This document shows positions 8,558 to 21,872 of a DNA stretch of 64,000 nucleotides, one piece after another. The position numbers and the translations under genes were made by a program. The DNA is taken from positions 31,778 to 95,777 of the forward strand of contig MPDD01000006.1 of assembly GCA_001874265.1 (NCBI GenBank), written 5' to 3'. Every line of letters starts with the position of its first letter. The first letter of the stretch is position 1. Below the pieces are notes generated by a model, which saw only the letters and a program-made list of their open reading frames with translations, was not told the origin of the DNA and did no database searches. This DNA comes from Bacteroidetes bacterium MedPE-SWsnd-G1 (GTDB lineage: Bacteria; Bacteroidota; Bacteroidia; Flavobacteriales; Flavobacteriaceae).

Positions 8558-9742
8558 ATGGCAAAAGAACATTTTGACCGCTCCAAATCACACCTTAATA
8601 TAGGTACTATTGGACACGTAGATCACGGTAAAACTACTTTAACTGCAGCGATTACTAAGGTATTAGCTGATAAAGGACTTTCTGAAGTAAGAGATTTCGA
8701 TCAGATTGATAACGCTCCAGAAGAAAAAGAAAGAGGTATTACTATTAACACTTCTCACGTAGAGTATCAAACTGCTACTCGTCACTACGCACACGTTGAC
8801 TGTCCAGGTCACGCCGATTACGTAAAGAACATGGTAACTGGTGCTGCTCAAATGGACGGTGCTATTTTAGTTGTTGCTGCTACTGATGGTCCAATGCCAC
8901 AAACTAGAGAGCACATCTTATTAGGTCGCCAAGTAGGTATTCCTAGAATGGTTGTATTCATGAACAAAGTGGATATGGTTGATGATGAGGAATTATTAGA
9001 ATTGGTTGAAATGGAAGTTAGAGAATTATTAGACTTCTATGAGTATGATGGTGATAATACTCCGGTAATTGCTGGATCTGCTTTAGGTGGATTGAATGCT
9101 GAGCCAAAATGGGTTGACACTATTATGGAATTAATGGATGCTGTAGATACTTGGATTGAGTTGCCACAGCGTGAAGTTGATAAGGATTTCTTAATGCCAA
9201 TCGAGGACGTATTTACTATTACTGGTCGTGGAACTGTTGCTACAGGTCGTATCGAAACAGGAGTTGCGAATACAGGAGACGCAGTAGATATCATTGGTAT
9301 GGGTGCTGAGAAATTGGCTTCTACTATTACAGGTGTTGAAATGTTCCGTAAGATCCTTGATAGAGGTGAAGCAGGAGATAACGTAGGTATCTTATTAAGA
9401 GGTATTGAAAAGTCTGATATCAAAAGAGGTATGGTAATCTGTAAGCCAGGTTCTGTAACTCCACATGCTAAATTTAAAGCTGAGGTATACGTACTTAAGA
9501 AAGAAGAAGGTGGTCGTCACACACCATTCCATAACAACTACCGTCCACAGTTCTACGTAAGAACTACAGATGTAACAGGTACTATTAACTTACCTGATGG
9601 AGTTGAAATGGTAATGCCAGGTGATAACTTAACGATAACTGTTGAATTACACCAACCAATTGCAATGAACATAGGTTTACGTTTTGCAATACGTGAAGGT
9701 GGTAGAACAGTAGGTGCTGGTCAGGTTACAGAAATTCTTTAA
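8558..9742 (+). CDS. tuf: Elongation factor Tu
   Basis: [21 protein letters not shown] motifs. Confidence 0.99.
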   Translation: MAKEHFDRSKSHLNIGTIGHVDHGKTTLTAAITKVLADKGLSEVRDFDQIDNAPEEKERGITINTSHVEYQTATRHYAHVDCPGHADYVKNMVTGAAQMDGAILVVAATDGPMPQTREHILLGRQVGIPRMVVFMNKVDMVDDEELLELVEMEVRELLDFYEYDGDNTPVIAGSALGGLNAEPKWVDTIMELMDAVDTWIELPQREVDKDFLMPIEDVFTITGRGTVATGRIETGVANTGDAVDIIGMGAEKLASTITGVEMFRKILDRGEAGDNVGILLRGIEKSDIKRGMVICKPGSVTPHAKFKAEVYVLKKEEGGRHTPFHNNYRPQFYVRTTDVTGTINLPDGVEMVMPGDNLTITVELHQPIAMNIGLRFAIREGGRTVGAGQVTEIL

Positions 9743-9807
9743 TTAACCACACCCTATTAAAAGTTATGAAAGCTGCTTCTCTAATTTAGAGAAAGCAGCT
9801 TCCATTT

Positions 9808-9880
9808 ACGGGTGTAGCTCAGTTGGTAGAGCACTGGTCTCCAAAACCAGGTGTCGGGAGTTCGAGCCTCTCCGCCCGTG
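9808..9880 (+). tRNA. tRNA-Trp(CCA)
   Basis: ACGGGTG acceptor, CT-CCA-AA loop, GTTCGAGC; canonical position before secE. Confidence 0.96.
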
Positions 9881-9899
9881 CAAAATATAGAATACGAAT

Positions 9900-10088
9900 A
9901 TGAAATTTATTAAATATATTAAAGACTCTTATGAAGAGTTAAGTACAAAAATGACTTGGATTCCATTTTCGGAAGCTCAAAAGTCAACAGTAGTAGTTGC
10001 GATTTTTACTATAATTTTTGCATTGGCTGTGTTTGTAGTAGATAAAGCATTTCAATCGGTTCTTGGCGAGTATTTTAAACTATTTTAA
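9900..10088 (+). CDS. secE: Preprotein translocase SecE
   Basis: ELSTKMTWIP motif plus one TM; between tRNA-Trp and nusG. Confidence 0.93.
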   Translation: MKFIKYIKDSYEELSTKMTWIPFSEAQKSTVVVAIFTIIFALAVFVVDKAFQSVLGEYFKLF

Positions 10089-10102
10089 TTCGATAAATTG
10101 TT

Positions 10103-10654
10103 ATGGCTGATTCTGTTAAGAAATGGTATGTAGTGAGAGCTATTGGTGGGCAAGAAAATAAAGTTAAAAACTATATCGAAAATGAAATCACTCGTTTGAA
10201 TATTGGTGATTACATCGATCAAGTTCTTGTTCCAACAGAAAAGGTTATTCAAGTGCGTGATGGAAAAAAAATAAACAAAGAAAGAGTTTATTTTCCTGGT
10301 TACATCATGATTCAAGCAAATTTGAGTGGAGAGATTCCTCATATTGTGAAGGCGGTTCCAGGAGTAATTGGATTTTTAGGTGAAGTTAAAGGAGGAGATC
10401 CTGTGCCGTTAAGAAGATCTGAAGTAAATAGAATGCTAGGTAAAGTTGATGAACTAGCGATTCAAAATGAAAATGTAGCGATTCCTTATATGGTTGGTGA
10501 AACGGTAAAAGTTGTTGATGGTCCTTTTAATGGATTCGACGGTTCTATCGAGAAGATAAATGAAGAGAAGAGGAAATTAGAAGTAATGGTAAAGATTTTC
10601 GGAAGAAAAACACCATTGGAACTAAGTTACATGCAAGTAGAAAAAATTTCATAA
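10103..10654 (+). CDS. nusG: Transcription factor NusG
   Basis: WYVVRAIGGQE, FPGY, KOW domain DGPFNGFDG, IFGRKTPLEL. Confidence 0.98.
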   Translation: MADSVKKWYVVRAIGGQENKVKNYIENEITRLNIGDYIDQVLVPTEKVIQVRDGKKINKERVYFPGYIMIQANLSGEIPHIVKAVPGVIGFLGEVKGGDPVPLRRSEVNRMLGKVDELAIQNENVAIPYMVGETVKVVDGPFNGFDGSIEKINEEKRKLEVMVKIFGRKTPLELSYMQVEKIS

Positions 10655-10731
10655 TTGTTACATTAATATTTATTGATATTTCGTTTTAGCTTCCAACAAA
10701 ATTGAAATATCTAACCTAATTAAGTTAAAAG

Positions 10732-11175
10732 ATGGCAAAAGAAATAAGCAAGGTTGTAAAATTACAAGTGCGTGGAGGAGCTGCAAACCCTTCACCACCG
10801 GTTGGACCAGCTTTAGGTGCTGCCGGAGTTAACATTATGGAGTTCTGTAAGCAATTTAATGCTAGAACTCAAGACAAGCAAGGGAAAGTTTTACCAGTAG
10901 CAATTACTGTGTATAAAGACAAGTCTTTTGATTTTGTTGTGAAAACTCCACCAGCTGCAGTGCAAATTTTAGAAGCAGCAAAGATTAAAAAAGGTTCAGG
11001 AGAACCAAATAGAAACAAAGTAGCTACCGTTACTTGGGATCAATTAAAAGTTATAGCAGAAGACAAAATGCCTGATTTGAATGCATTTACTGTTGAATCA
11101 GCTATGCTAATGATGGCAGGTACTGCTAGATCTATGGGTATCAAGGTGAAAGGAACAGCTCCAGTTAAACTTTAA
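10732..11175 (+). CDS. rplK: 50S ribosomal protein L11
   Basis: [25 protein letters not shown]. Confidence 0.99.
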   Translation: MAKEISKVVKLQVRGGAANPSPPVGPALGAAGVNIMEFCKQFNARTQDKQGKVLPVAITVYKDKSFDFVVKTPPAAVQILEAAKIKKGSGEPNRNKVATVTWDQLKVIAEDKMPDLNAFTVESAMLMMAGTARSMGIKVKGTAPVKL

Positions 11176-11188
11176 AAATTTTTAAGAA

Positions 11189-11881
11189 ATGGCAAAATTA
11201 ACTAAAAATCAAAAAGAGGCTGTAGCTAAAGTGGATAGATCACAATCGTTAAACGTGAGTGATGCATCTGCATTGATTAAAGAAATTACTAATGTAAAAT
11301 TTGACGCATCGGTTGATTTAGCAATTCGTTTGGGTGTAGATCCACGTAAAGCTAATCAAATGGTTAGAGGGGTTGTAACATTACCTCACGGAACTGGAAA
11401 AGATGTAAAAGTATTGGCATTGGTAACACCAGATAAAGAAGCAGATGCTAAAGAAGCAGGGGCTGATTATGTTGGTTTAGATGAGTACCTTCAAAAGATT
11501 AAAGGAGGTTGGACAGATGTTGACGTAATTATCACTATGCCAAGTGTAATGGGTAAATTAGGACCGTTAGGACGTGTTTTAGGGCCAAGAGGATTAATGC
11601 CTAACCCAAAGACTGGTACAGTAACAATGGATGTTGCAAAAGCGGTTAAAGATGTAAAAGCTGGTAAGATTGACTTTAAAGTTGATAAAACTGGGATTGT
11701 GCATGCAGCGATTGGAAAATCATCTTTCGACACTGATAAACTTGCAGAAAATGCAAATGAGTTAATTCAAACGATTATTAAATTGAAGCCAACAGCATCA
11801 AAAGGAACTTATATTAAAAGCATTTATATGTCTTCTACTATGAGCCCTTCAGTTGCTATTGATATTAAATCAGTTTCGTAA
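11189..11881 (+). CDS. rplA: 50S ribosomal protein L1
   Basis: [23 protein letters not shown]. Confidence 0.99.
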   Translation: MAKLTKNQKEAVAKVDRSQSLNVSDASALIKEITNVKFDASVDLAIRLGVDPRKANQMVRGVVTLPHGTGKDVKVLALVTPDKEADAKEAGADYVGLDEYLQKIKGGWTDVDVIITMPSVMGKLGPLGRVLGPRGLMPNPKTGTVTMDVAKAVKDVKAGKIDFKVDKTGIVHAAIGKSSFDTDKLAENANELIQTIIKLKPTASKGTYIKSIYMSSTMSPSVAIDIKSVS

Positions 11882-11891
11882 ATTTTATATT

Positions 11892-12410
11892 ATGACAAGA
11901 GAAGAAAAATCACAAGTAATAGAAGATTTAACAACTCAATTAGCTGATGGAAATATCATTTATTTGGCTGATATTTCAGGATTGGATGCATTGAGTACTT
12001 CTAACTTACGTCGCGCTTGTTTTAAAGCAGATGTAAAATTAGCAGTTGTTAAAAACACATTGCTGTCAAAAGCGATGGAAAAATCTGATAAAGAATTTGG
12101 TGAATTACCTGAAACATTAAAAGGTAATACATCTATTATGATTGCTGAAGTTGGTAATGCACCGGCTAAAGTAATTAAAGAGTTCCGCAAGAATTCTGAC
12201 AAACCTATCTTAAAAGGAGCGTATGTAGAAGAAGCAATCTATGTTGGAGATGACCAATTAGATGCACTTGTAAGCATTAAGTCTAAAGAAGAGGTAATCG
12301 GAGAAATTATTGGAATCTTACAATCACCAGCGAAGAATGTTATTTCTGCATTAAAATCAGGAGGAACAACATTGTCTGGAATTGTTAAGACATTATCAGA
12401 AAAAGAATAA
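11892..12410 (+). CDS. rplJ: 50S ribosomal protein L10
   Basis: [10 protein letters not shown]..., VVKNTL; ATG at 11892 chosen over the ORF-track start. Confidence 0.97.
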   Translation: MTREEKSQVIEDLTTQLADGNIIYLADISGLDALSTSNLRRACFKADVKLAVVKNTLLSKAMEKSDKEFGELPETLKGNTSIMIAEVGNAPAKVIKEFRKNSDKPILKGAYVEEAIYVGDDQLDALVSIKSKEEVIGEIIGILQSPAKNVISALKSGGTTLSGIVKTLSEKE

Positions 12411-12454
12411 GCACTAAATATAATACTAAATACAAATTTTTAAAACAAAAGAAA

Positions 12455-12829
12455 ATGGCAGAATTAAAAGATTTCGCAGAACAATTAGTTAACTTAACAG
12501 TAAAAGAAGTTAATGAATTAGCAGCTATTTTAAAAGATGAATATGGAATTGAGCCAGCAGCAGCTGCAGTAGCAGTAGCAGGTCCAGCAGCAGGTGGAGC
12601 AGATGCAGCAGATGAGCAAACTGAATTCGATGTTATCTTAAAAGCAGCAGGAGCTTCTAAATTAGCAGTTGTAAAATTAGTTAAAGAATTAACTGGTTTA
12701 GGATTGAAAGAAGCTAAAGGAATTGTTGATAGCGCACCAGCGCCAATCAAAGAAGGTATCTCTAAAGACGAGGCTGAAGGTCTTGTAAAATCTTTAGAAG
12801 AGGCTGGAGCTGAGGTAGAGCTTAAGTAA
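12455..12829 (+). CDS. rplL: 50S ribosomal protein L7/L12
   Basis: Ala-rich hinge, [17 protein letters not shown]. Confidence 0.99.
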   Translation: MAELKDFAEQLVNLTVKEVNELAAILKDEYGIEPAAAAVAVAGPAAGGADAADEQTEFDVILKAAGASKLAVVKLVKELTGLGLKEAKGIVDSAPAPIKEGISKDEAEGLVKSLEEAGAEVELK

Positions 12830-12853
12830 GCATCTCCTCTTTACACAAATAAA

Positions 12854-12894
12854 GGTTTAGGTCTTTGGGTAACCAAATAGACCTAAACCATTTT
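12854..12894 (+). terminator. Attenuator/terminator-like hairpin between rplL and rpoB
   Basis: ggtttaggtct-ttgg-GTAA-ccaa-(at)-agacctaaacc followed by atttt. Confidence 0.65.
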
Positions 12895-12940
12895 GCGTAT
12901 ATATTCGTTCTTATATTTTTAACTGACTTTTAATTAAAAA

Positions 12941-15900
12941 ATGTGTCCATTGGCAACGAAAATTAATACCGAAAGAATTAACTTCTCATCAGCAAAATTG
13001 ACTACTGAATATCCAGATTTTTTAGATATTCAGATAAAATCTTTCCAAGATTTCTTTCAATTAAAAACAAAAGCTGACGAAAGAAGTGCCGAAGGTTTAT
13101 ATAAAACTTTCACCGACAACTTCCCAATTACTGATACTAGAAATCAATTTGTTTTAGAATTTCTAGACTACTTTGTAGATCCTCCAAGATATTCCATTAG
13201 AGAATGTATAGAAAGAGGATTAACTCATAGTGTGCCTTTAAAAGCACGTCTTAAATTGTATTGTACTGATCCAGAGCATGAGGATTTTGAAACAATTGTA
13301 CAAGATGTTTATTTAGGAACCATTCCATATATGACTGAAAGTGGAACTTTCGTTATTAATGGAGCAGAACGTGTAGTAGTTTCTCAATTACACCGTTCTC
13401 CAGGGGTATTCTTCGGACAATCGTTCCACGCAAACGGAACTAAATTATATTCAGCAAGGGTAATTCCTTTTAAAGGTTCTTGGATAGAGTTTGCAACAGA
13501 TATCAATCAAGTAATGTATGCTTATATTGATAGAAAGAAAAAATTACCAGTTACGACACTTTTCCGTGCTATCGGTTTCGAAAGAGATAAAGATATCTTA
13601 GAGATTTTTGATTTAGCAGAGGAAGTAAAAGTTTCTAAAAGCGGTTTAAAAAGAGTTTTAGGACGTAAAACAGCTGCGCGTATATTAAAAACATGGTTCG
13701 AAGATTTCGTTGATGAAGATACTGGAGAGGTAGTATCTATTGAACGTAACGAAATTGTATTTGACCGTGATACTATTTTAGAAAAAGAACATATAGACGA
13801 AATTGTAGAATCAGGTTCAAAGACTATTCTTTTGCATAAAGAGGATAATCAAATGGCTGATTATGCAATTATTCATAATACGTTGCAAAAAGATCCAACA
13901 AACTCTGAAAAAGAGGCTGTTGAGCATATTTATAGACAATTACGTAATGCTGAGCCGCCAGATTATGAGACGGCAAAAGGTATTATTGATAAATTATTCT
14001 TCTCAGAACAACGTTACAACTTAGGTGAAGTAGGTCGTTTTAGAATGAATAAAAAATTAGAACTTAATGTTGATATGGACATTAAAGTTTTAACAAAAGA
14101 AGACATTATTACCATCATCAAGAACTTAATTAACTTGGTGAACTCTAAAGCTGAAGTTGATGATATTGATCACTTGTCTAACCGTCGTGTACGTACAGTT
14201 GGTGAACAATTAGCTTCTCAGTTTGGAGTAGGACTTTCTCGTATGGCACGTACTATTCGTGAGCGTATGAACGTTCGTGATAATGAGGTGTTTACTCCAA
14301 TTGATTTGATTAATGCAAAGACGTTGTCTTCTGTAATTAATTCATTTTTTGGTACAAACCAATTATCTCAGTTTATGGATCAAACAAATCCATTGGCAGA
14401 GATTACACACAAACGTCGTTTATCAGCATTAGGACCTGGAGGTTTATCTAGAGAAAGAGCAGGATTCGAGGTTCGTGATGTTCACTATACTCATTATGGT
14501 CGTTTATGTCCAATTGAAACTCCTGAGGGACCAAACATTGGTTTGATTTCTTCTTTAGCTGTATTTGCTAAAGTAAATAACTTAGGATTTATTGAGACGG
14601 CTTATAGAAAGGTAGAAGATGGGGTTGTAAATACAACAGATGAACCAATCTATTTATCAGCAGAGGAAGAAGAAGGAATGAAGTTTGCCCAGTCAAACTT
14701 ACCTTTAGATGCTGAAGGTAAATTTGAAGCTGATAGAGTAATTACGCGTGTTGAGGCGGATTATCCAGTAGTTGAGCCAACTGAGGTGAACTTTATGGAT
14801 GTTGCACCAAACCAAATTGCATCTATATCTGCATCGCTAATTCCATTCTTGGAGCATGATGATGCGAACCGTGCATTGATGGGATCAAACATGATGCGTC
14901 AAGCAGTTCCATTATTACGTCCAGAGTCTCCAATTGTAGGTACTGGTTTAGAGCGTAGAGTTGCAAAAGATTCTCGTATCTTAATCAATGCTGAAGGAGC
15001 AGGGGTTGTAGAATATGTAGATTCTCAAATCATTACTATCAAATATGATAGAACTGATGAAGAGCGCAAAGTAAGTTTTGATGTTGATGAGAAAACATAC
15101 AAACTTATTAAGTTTAGAAAAACGAATCAAGGAACATCAATTAACTTAAAGCCAATTGTTAAGAAAGGTGATAGAGTTGAAGAAGGACAAGTTCTTTGTG
15201 AAGGATATGCTACTCAAAAAGGTGAATTAGCCTTAGGTAGAAATATGAAAGTGGCCTTTATGCCTTGGAAAGGGTATAACTTTGAGGATGCGATTGTAAT
15301 TTCTGAAAAAGTAGTAAAAGAAGATATCTTTACATCTATTCATATCGATGAGTATTCATTAGATGTGAGAGATACAAAATTAGGAGCAGAGGAATTGACA
15401 AATGATATTCCAAACGTTTCTGAGGAGGCTACTAAAGACTTAGATGAGAATGGAATGATTCGTATCGGAGCTGAAGTAAACCCTGGAGATATCTTAATTG
15501 GTAAGATTACACCAAAAGGTGAGTCTGATCCAACACCTGAAGAAAAATTATTAAGAGCCATCTTTGGTGACAAGGCAGGTGATGTAAAAGATGCTTCATT
15601 AAAAGCATCTCCATCATTAAGCGGTGTTGTTATCGATAAAAAATTGTTTAAAAGAGCAGTTAAAGATAAGACAAAGAGAGCTAGAGATAAGGAGGATATC
15701 GCTCGTCTAGAAGCGGAGTTCACGGTGAAGTTTGATGAGTTGAAAACTCAATTAGTTGATAAGTTATTTGCGTTGGTAAATGGAAAAACTTCTCAAGGAG
15801 TGAAAAATGATTTGGGTGAAGAAGTATTACCAAAAGGTAAGAAATACACGCAAAAAATGTTAAACTCTGTTGAAGATTATGCACATTTAACTAGAGGTTC

Positions 15901-16765
15901 TTGGACAACTGATAAGGACTTAAATGGACATGTTGCTGAATTAATTCACAACTATAAAATTAAATTAAACGATCTTCAAGGATCATTACGTCGTGAGAAA
16001 TTTACGATCTCTGTAGGAGATGAATTACCTGCAGGAATTGTAAAATTAGCGAAGGTTTATATTGCTAAAAAGCGTAAACTTAAAGTAGGTGATAAAATGG
16101 CGGGTCGTCACGGTAACAAAGGTATTGTTGCACGTATCGTTCGTCAAGAGGATATGCCATTCTTAGAAGATGGAACACCAGTAGATATCGTATTAAATCC
16201 ACTTGGGGTACCTTCTCGTATGAATATTGGGCAGATTTATGAAACAGTTCTTGGATGGGCTGGAGAGAAATTAGATACCAAGTATGCTACTCCTATTTTT
16301 GACGGTGCAAATATTGATGAAATCAATGCATTAACTGATGAGGCAGGAGTACCAAGATATGGTCATACTTACTTGTATGATGGTGGAACTGGAGAGCGTT
16401 TTGATCAACCTGCAACGGTTGGTATCATTTATATGATTAAGTTAGGTCATATGATTGATGATAAAATGCACGCACGTTCTATTGGACCATACTCATTAAT
16501 TACGCAGCAGCCATTAGGTGGTAAAGCGCAATTTGGAGGTCAGCGTTTTGGAGAGATGGAAGTTTGGGCATTAGAGGCTTATGGAGCATCTAGTATCTTA
16601 AGAGAAATCTTAACAGTTAAATCGGATGATGTTTTGGGTAGAGCAAAAACTTACGAGGCAATCGTAAAAGGAGATTCTATGCCGGAACCAGGTTTACCAG
16701 AATCGTTTAACGTATTAATGCACGAACTGAAAGGTTTAGGATTAGACGTTAGATTAGAGGAATAA
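12941..16765 (+). CDS. rpoB: RNA polymerase beta subunit (true start may be TTG at 12950)
   Basis: [40 protein letters not shown]. Confidence 0.99.
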   Translation: MCPLATKINTERINFSSAKLTTEYPDFLDIQIKSFQDFFQLKTKADERSAEGLYKTFTDNFPITDTRNQFVLEFLDYFVDPPRYSIRECIERGLTHSVPLKARLKLYCTDPEHEDFETIVQDVYLGTIPYMTESGTFVINGAERVVVSQLHRSPGVFFGQSFHANGTKLYSARVIPFKGSWIEFATDINQVMYAYIDRKKKLPVTTLFRAIGFERDKDILEIFDLAEEVKVSKSGLKRVLGRKTAARILKTWFEDFVDEDTGEVVSIERNEIVFDRDTILEKEHIDEIVESGSKTILLHKEDNQMADYAIIHNTLQKDPTNSEKEAVEHIYRQLRNAEPPDYETAKGIIDKLFFSEQRYNLGEVGRFRMNKKLELNVDMDIKVLTKEDIITIIKNLINLVNSKAEVDDIDHLSNRRVRTVGEQLASQFGVGLSRMARTIRERMNVRDNEVFTPIDLINAKTLSSVINSFFGTNQLSQFMDQTNPLAEITHKRRLSALGPGGLSRERAGFEVRDVHYTHYGRLCPIETPEGPNIGLISSLAVFAKVNNLGFIETAYRKVEDGVVNTTDEPIYLSAEEEEGMKFAQSNLPLDAEGKFEADRVITRVEADYPVVEPTEVNFMDVAPNQIASISASLIPFLEHDDANRALMGSNMMRQAVPLLRPESPIVGTGLERRVAKDSRILINAEGAGVVEYVDSQIITIKYDRTDEERKVSFDVDEKTYKLIKFRKTNQGTSINLKPIVKKGDRVEEGQVLCEGYATQKGELALGRNMKVAFMPWKGYNFEDAIVISEKVVKEDIFTSIHIDEYSLDVRDTKLGAEELTNDIPNVSEEATKDLDENGMIRIGAEVNPGDILIGKITPKGESDPTPEEKLLRAIFGDKAGDVKDASLKASPSLSGVVIDKKLFKRAVKDKTKRARDKEDIARLEAEFTVKFDELKTQLVDKLFALVNGKTSQGVKNDLGEEVLPKGKKYTQKMLNSVEDYAHLTRGSWTTDKDLNGHVAELIHNYKIKLNDLQGSLRREKFTISVGDELPAGIVKLAKVYIAKKRKLKVGDKMAGRHGNKGIVARIVRQEDMPFLEDGTPVDIVLNPLGVPSRMNIGQIYETVLGWAGEKLDTKYATPIFDGANIDEINALTDEAGVPRYGHTYLYDGGTGERFDQPATVGIIYMIKLGHMIDDKMHARSIGPYSLITQQPLGGKAQFGGQRFGEMEVWALEAYGASSILREILTVKSDDVLGRAKTYEAIVKGDSMPEPGLPESFNVLMHELKGLGLDVRLEE

Positions 16766-16774
16766 TAAAAACTT

Positions 16775-16804
16775 GTAGTTAGGAGTTGTAAAACTCCTAA
16801 CTAC
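16775..16804 (+). other. Perfect 13-bp hairpin between rpoB and rpoC
   Basis: gtagttaggagtt-GTAA-aactcctaactac followed by tttatttaattttt. Confidence 0.7.
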
Positions 16805-16841
16805 TTTATTTAATTTTTACATAAAATTCGAAACCATTATC

Positions 16842-19800
16842 ATGGCAAAAAGAAACGATAAGTACACTGTAAAAAAATTCAATAAAATATCAATTGGTTT
16901 AGCATCACCTGAGAAAATTTTAGGAGATTCTAAAGGTGAAGTGTTAAAACCAGAAACCATTAATTACCGTACACATAAACCTGAAAGAGATGGATTGTTT
17001 TGTGAACGAATTTTTGGCCCAATAAAAGATTTCGAATGTGCTTGTGGTAAGTACAAGAGAATTCGTTACCGCGGTATCGTTTGTGATCGCTGTGGTGTTG
17101 AAGTAACAGAAAAGAAAGTACGTAGAGATAGAGTTGGACATATTAACTTGGTAGTCCCTGTTGCTCATATTTGGTACTTTAGATCATTACCTAACAAAAT
17201 GGGATACCTTTTAGGTTTGCCATCTAAAAAGTTAGATATGATTATTTACTACGAACGTTACGTGGTAATTCAACCTGCAGGTGCAAAAAATGCTGAAGGA
17301 GAACCATTACAAAAAATGGACTTCTTAACAGAAGAAGAATACTTAGATATTCAGGAATCTTTCCCAATCGAGAATCAATATTTAGACGATAATGATCCGG
17401 AAAAATTCATCGCTAAGATGGGTGCTGAATGTTTAATTGATTTATTAGCACGTATCGATTTAGATGCGTTGTCTTATGAATTACGTCATAAAGCAAATAC
17501 AGAAACTTCTAAACAACGTAAAACTGAAGCGCTTAAGCGTTTAAATGTTGTTGAAGCATTCCGTGATTCTAATAAAAATAGAGAGAATAAGCCAGAGTGG
17601 ATGATTATGAAGGCGGTTCCTGTAATTCCACCAGAATTACGTCCGTTAGTTCCATTAGATGGTGGTCGTTTCGCAACATCTGATTTAAATGATTTATACC
17701 GAAGAGTAATTATTCGTAACAATCGTTTAAAGCGTTTAGTTGAAATCAAAGCGCCTGAGGTTATTCTTAGAAATGAGAAACGTATGTTACAAGAATCTGT
17801 AGATTCATTGTTTGATAACACACGTAAATCATCAGCAGTAAAAACAGAATCTAACAGACCTTTGAAATCTTTATCAGATTCATTAAAAGGTAAGCAAGGA
17901 CGTTTCCGTCAGAACTTGTTAGGTAAGCGTGTTGATTATTCTGCGCGTTCTGTAATTGTTGTTGGACCAACATTAAAATTATACGAATGTGGATTGCCAA
18001 AAGGAATGGCAGCAGAATTATACAAGCCTTTCATTATCCGTAAATTGATTGAGAGAGGAATTGTTAAGACTGTAAAATCTGCAAAGAAAATTATAGACAA
18101 AAGAGAACCTGTTGTTTGGGATATTTTAGAAAATGTATTAAAAGGACATCCAGTATTACTGAATCGTGCGCCTACATTACACCGTTTAGGTATCCAAGCA
18201 TTCCAGCCAAAATTAATTGAAGGAAAAGCAATTCAATTACACCCATTAGTATGTACGGCCTTTAATGCCGATTTTGATGGGGATCAAATGGCGGTTCACT
18301 TACCATTAGGACCAGAAGCAATATTAGAGGCACAGTTGTTATTATTAGCATCTCACTCTGTATTGAATCCAGCCAATGGTGCACCAATTACTGTACCTTC
18401 TCAGGATATGGTACTTGGGTTATATTATATGACTAAAGAAAGGTTATCTACTCCAGACTTTAAAGTGAAAGGAGAAGGATTAACTTTCTATTCGCCAGAA
18501 GAGGTTACGATTGCTTTCAATGAAAAGCGTGTTGATTTGAATGCATCAATTACAGTTAGAACGTTTGATGTAGATGAAAATGGTGAGCAGGTTAAGAAAT
18601 TAATCAAAACTACTGTAGGTAGAGTTTTATTTAACGAAGTTGTTCCTAAAGAAGCAGGATATATTAATGAAGTCTTAACTAAGAAATCTTTAAGAGATAT
18701 TATTGGTGAGATTCTAAAAGTAACTAGTATTCCTGCAATTGGAAGTTTCTTAGATGAAATTAAAGATATGGGATACAAATTTGCATTCCAAGGAGGTCTT
18801 TCATTTAGTTTAGGTGATATTATTATTCCAGCTGAAAAAACAAAGATGATTTCTGATGCCAATGAGCAGGTTGATTCTATTAGAAACAACTATAACATGG
18901 GTATGCTTACAAACAAGGAGCGTTACAACCAAGTTATTGATATTTGGGGTTCTGCAAACAACCGTTTGACAGAATTATCTATGAAACGTTTACGTGAAGA
19001 TCAACAAGGATTTAACTCAGTATTTATGATGTTAGATTCTGGAGCAAGGGGATCTAAAGAGCAAATTCGTCAGTTAACTGGTATGCGTGGATTAATGGCA
19101 AAGCCTAAAAAATCTACTGCAGGTGGTGGTGAAATTATTGAAAATCCAATTCTTTCTAACTTTAAAGAAGGACTTTCAATTCTTGAATACTTTATCTCTA
19201 CGCACGGTGCGCGTAAAGGACTTGCCGATACTGCCTTGAAAACGGCAGATGCGGGTTACTTAACACGTCGTTTGGTTGATGTTTCGCAAGATGTAATTGT
19301 AAATGAAGTTGATTGTGGTACATTAAGAGGTTTAGAGATTGCTCCTTTAAAGAAAAATGAGGAAGTAGTTGAAAAATTAAGTGAGCGTATTGTTGGACGT
19401 GTTTCTTTACACGATGTAGTTGATCCTTTAACTAGTGAGAAATATGTTTCTGCTGGTGAAGAAATTACAGAGTTAATTGCGGAGAGCATTGAGGCATCAC
19501 CAATAGATACTGTTGAAGTTCGTTCAGCATTAACATGTGAAGCTAAACGTGGTATCTGTGCAAAATGTTATGGGCATAGTTTATCAACAAGAAAAATGGT
19601 TCAAAAAGGTGAAGCAGTTGGTGTTATCGCTGCACAATCAATTGGAGAACCTGGTACTCAGTTAACATTAAGAACGTTCCACGTTGGGGGTGTTGCGGGT
19701 AACATTTCTGAAGATAATAAGTTAGAAAGTAAATTTGACGGTAATATAACTATTGAAGACTTAAGAACTGTAAAAGGTGATGATGGTCAAGGTAATGAAG

Positions 19801-21119
19801 TTGACATTGTAATTTCTAGAACATCAGAAATTAAGATTACTGATAAGAAAACTGGAATTAACCTAAGTACTCAGAACATTCCTTATGGTTCATTTATCTT
19901 TATTAAAGATAAAAAGACAATCAAGAAAGGTGATGTTATTTGTCAGTGGGATCCATTTAACGGTGTAATTGTTTCTGAATTTGCAGGAAAAGTTATTTAC
20001 GAAAACTTAGAGAAGGATGTAAATTATTCTGTAGAGATTGATGAGCAAACTGGATTCCAAGAAAAAGTAATTACAGAATCTAAGAACAAGAAAGTAATAC
20101 CAACAATTTTAATTGAAGGTAAAGATGGAGAGGTTTTAAGATCTTATAGTTTACCTGTAGGTGCACACTTAATCGTAAATGATGGTGATGCTATTCAAAC
20201 AGGTCAAACATTAGTTAAAATTCCTCGTAAGTCTGGTAAAGCAGGAGATATTACAGGAGGTTTACCACGTGTAACGGAGTTGTTCGAAGCACGTAACCCA
20301 TCTAACCCAGCAGTAGTTTCTGCAATTGATGGTGTGGTTTCTTTCGGTAAGATTAAGAGAGGTAATAGAGAGATTATTATCGAATCTAAATACGGAGATA
20401 TCAAGAAATATTTGGTAAAACTGTCTAATCAAATTTTAGTTCAAGAGAACGATTTTGTGAAAGCAGGTATGCCATTATCTGATGGTGCAACGACTCCGGC
20501 GGATATCTTAAGTATATTAGGTCCAACAGCGGTTCAAGAATTCTTAGTAAATGAGATTCAAGAAGTGTACCGTTTACAAGGGGTGAAAATTAACGATAAG
20601 CACTTTGAGGTAGTTGTACGTCAAATGATGCGTAAAGTTAAGATTATCGATTCTGGGGATACGTTATTCTTAGAAAACGACTTAGTTCATAAAAATGATT
20701 TCATTACTGATAATGATAAAATTTATGGAATGAAAGTTGTTGAAGAAGCTGGAGATTCTGAAAACTTAAAAGCAGGGCAAATTATTTCGCCACGTGATTT
20801 AAGGGATGAAAATTCACTTTTAAAGAGAGAAGACAAGGCTTTAGTTGTTGCGCGTGATGCACAACCTGCTACTGCAGAGCAAATATTACAAGGAATTACA
20901 AGAGCATCGTTACAAACGAAATCGTTTATTTCTGCTGCTTCGTTCCAAGAAACTACGAAAGTATTAAATGAGGCTGCCGTAAATGGTAAGATTGATACCT
21001 TAGAAGGATTAAAGGAGAATGTAATTGTTGGTAAGCGTATTCCTGCAGGAACAGGATTAAGAGAATATGATAAACTTATCGTTGGCTCAAAAGAGGAAAT
21101 GGAAAGTTCTAATTTTTAA
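16842..21119 (+). CDS. rpoC: RNA polymerase beta' subunit
   Basis: NADFDGDQM catalytic motif, N-terminal zinc finger CACGKYK...CDRC. Confidence 0.99.
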   Translation: MAKRNDKYTVKKFNKISIGLASPEKILGDSKGEVLKPETINYRTHKPERDGLFCERIFGPIKDFECACGKYKRIRYRGIVCDRCGVEVTEKKVRRDRVGHINLVVPVAHIWYFRSLPNKMGYLLGLPSKKLDMIIYYERYVVIQPAGAKNAEGEPLQKMDFLTEEEYLDIQESFPIENQYLDDNDPEKFIAKMGAECLIDLLARIDLDALSYELRHKANTETSKQRKTEALKRLNVVEAFRDSNKNRENKPEWMIMKAVPVIPPELRPLVPLDGGRFATSDLNDLYRRVIIRNNRLKRLVEIKAPEVILRNEKRMLQESVDSLFDNTRKSSAVKTESNRPLKSLSDSLKGKQGRFRQNLLGKRVDYSARSVIVVGPTLKLYECGLPKGMAAELYKPFIIRKLIERGIVKTVKSAKKIIDKREPVVWDILENVLKGHPVLLNRAPTLHRLGIQAFQPKLIEGKAIQLHPLVCTAFNADFDGDQMAVHLPLGPEAILEAQLLLLASHSVLNPANGAPITVPSQDMVLGLYYMTKERLSTPDFKVKGEGLTFYSPEEVTIAFNEKRVDLNASITVRTFDVDENGEQVKKLIKTTVGRVLFNEVVPKEAGYINEVLTKKSLRDIIGEILKVTSIPAIGSFLDEIKDMGYKFAFQGGLSFSLGDIIIPAEKTKMISDANEQVDSIRNNYNMGMLTNKERYNQVIDIWGSANNRLTELSMKRLREDQQGFNSVFMMLDSGARGSKEQIRQLTGMRGLMAKPKKSTAGGGEIIENPILSNFKEGLSILEYFISTHGARKGLADTALKTADAGYLTRRLVDVSQDVIVNEVDCGTLRGLEIAPLKKNEEVVEKLSERIVGRVSLHDVVDPLTSEKYVSAGEEITELIAESIEASPIDTVEVRSALTCEAKRGICAKCYGHSLSTRKMVQKGEAVGVIAAQSIGEPGTQLTLRTFHVGGVAGNISEDNKLESKFDGNITIEDLRTVKGDDGQGNEVDIVISRTSEIKITDKKTGINLSTQNIPYGSFIFIKDKKTIKKGDVICQWDPFNGVIVSEFAGKVIYENLEKDVNYSVEIDEQTGFQEKVITESKNKKVIPTILIEGKDGEVLRSYSLPVGAHLIVNDGDAIQTGQTLVKIPRKSGKAGDITGGLPRVTELFEARNPSNPAVVSAIDGVVSFGKIKRGNREIIIESKYGDIKKYLVKLSNQILVQENDFVKAGMPLSDGATTPADILSILGPTAVQEFLVNEIQEVYRLQGVKINDKHFEVVVRQMMRKVKIIDSGDTLFLENDLVHKNDFITDNDKIYGMKVVEEAGDSENLKAGQIISPRDLRDENSLLKREDKALVVARDAQPATAEQILQGITRASLQTKSFISAASFQETTKVLNEAAVNGKIDTLEGLKENVIVGKRIPAGTGLREYDKLIVGSKEEMESSNF

Positions 21120-21122
21120 TCC

Positions 21123-21437
21123 ATGGCAGATCAAAAACCACAAAAAGACGGTAAATTAAATATTGAATTGGACGAGAAAGTTGCTGAAGGAACGTATTCG
21201 AACCTAGCAATTATCAATCATTCTGTATCAGAGTTTATCGTAGATTTTATCAATATAATGCCCGGTACACCTAAAGCAAAAGTGAAGTCGAGAATTATCT
21301 TAACTCCACAACATGCAAAAAGGTTGGCAAAAGCATTGGCTGATAATGTTAATAGGTTTGAGAAAGCCCATGGCGAAATTAAAGATTATGAGCAACCTCC
21401 AATTCCAATTAATTTTGGACCGACAGGTGAAGCATAA
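21123..21437 (+). CDS. DUF3467 family protein
   Basis: EGTYSNLAIINHS..EFIVDF..RIILTPQHAKRL; usual neighbour of rpoC in Bacteroidota. Confidence 0.88.
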   Translation: MADQKPQKDGKLNIELDEKVAEGTYSNLAIINHSVSEFIVDFINIMPGTPKAKVKSRIILTPQHAKRLAKALADNVNRFEKAHGEIKDYEQPPIPINFGPTGEA

Positions 21438-21440
21438 ATT

Positions 21441-21473
21441 AAAAAGCACCAATCGAAAGATTGGTGCTTTTTT
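21441..21473 (+). terminator. Intrinsic terminator of the rpoBC operon
   Basis: aaaaagcaccaatc-GAAA-gattggtgcttttt plus further T. Confidence 0.9.
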
Positions 21474-21542
21474 TATTACTTAAATTTATGTTCTGTTTAT
21501 TACTTAACTTTGCAGTAACTAAAAGATAAATTGAAATTTTTT

Positions 21543-21872
21543 ATGGAAGAAAGAATCCAATCATACGAAGAGTTTTATAAGTTTTATTTAAAGCAGCACA
21601 GTAATACTGTTTGTAGATTCTTACATGTTCTAGGTACCACAATAGTATTAGCACTAACATTAACTGCAATATATCACGGAGAGCCAAAACTGTTAATATT
21701 GGTACCGTTAGCGGGTTATGGTTTTGCCTGGGTTGGTCATTTTTTCTTTGAGCAAAATCAACCAGCAACTTTTAAGTACCCATTATGGAGTTTAAAGTCA
21801 GATTTTAAAATGTACTTCGATATTTTATCGGGTAAAATAGCCTTAAATAACTCTAAAGATCATTTAGTCTAA
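21543..21872 (+). CDS. DUF962/Mpo1-like membrane protein
   Basis: FYLKQHSN..CRFLHVLGT, GYGFAWVGHFFFEQNQPATFKYP; ATG at 21543; TAACTTTG promoter element at ~21505. Confidence 0.85.
   Translation: MEERIQSYEEFYKFYLKQHSNTVCRFLHVLGTTIVLALTLTAIYHGEPKLLILVPLAGYGFAWVGHFFFEQNQPATFKYPLWSLKSDFKMYFDILSGKIALNNSKDHLV

Noticed and set aside
9770-9801. Long hairpin between tuf and tRNA-Trp
   Set aside because: No U-tract; most simply a 3' stabiliser of tuf mRNA after tRNA processing, so not pursued
8663-20404. Many minus-strand ORFs opposite tuf, rpl and rpo genes (similar shadows occur elsewhere in the window)
   Set aside because: Antisense open frames expected from the codon bias of highly conserved genes
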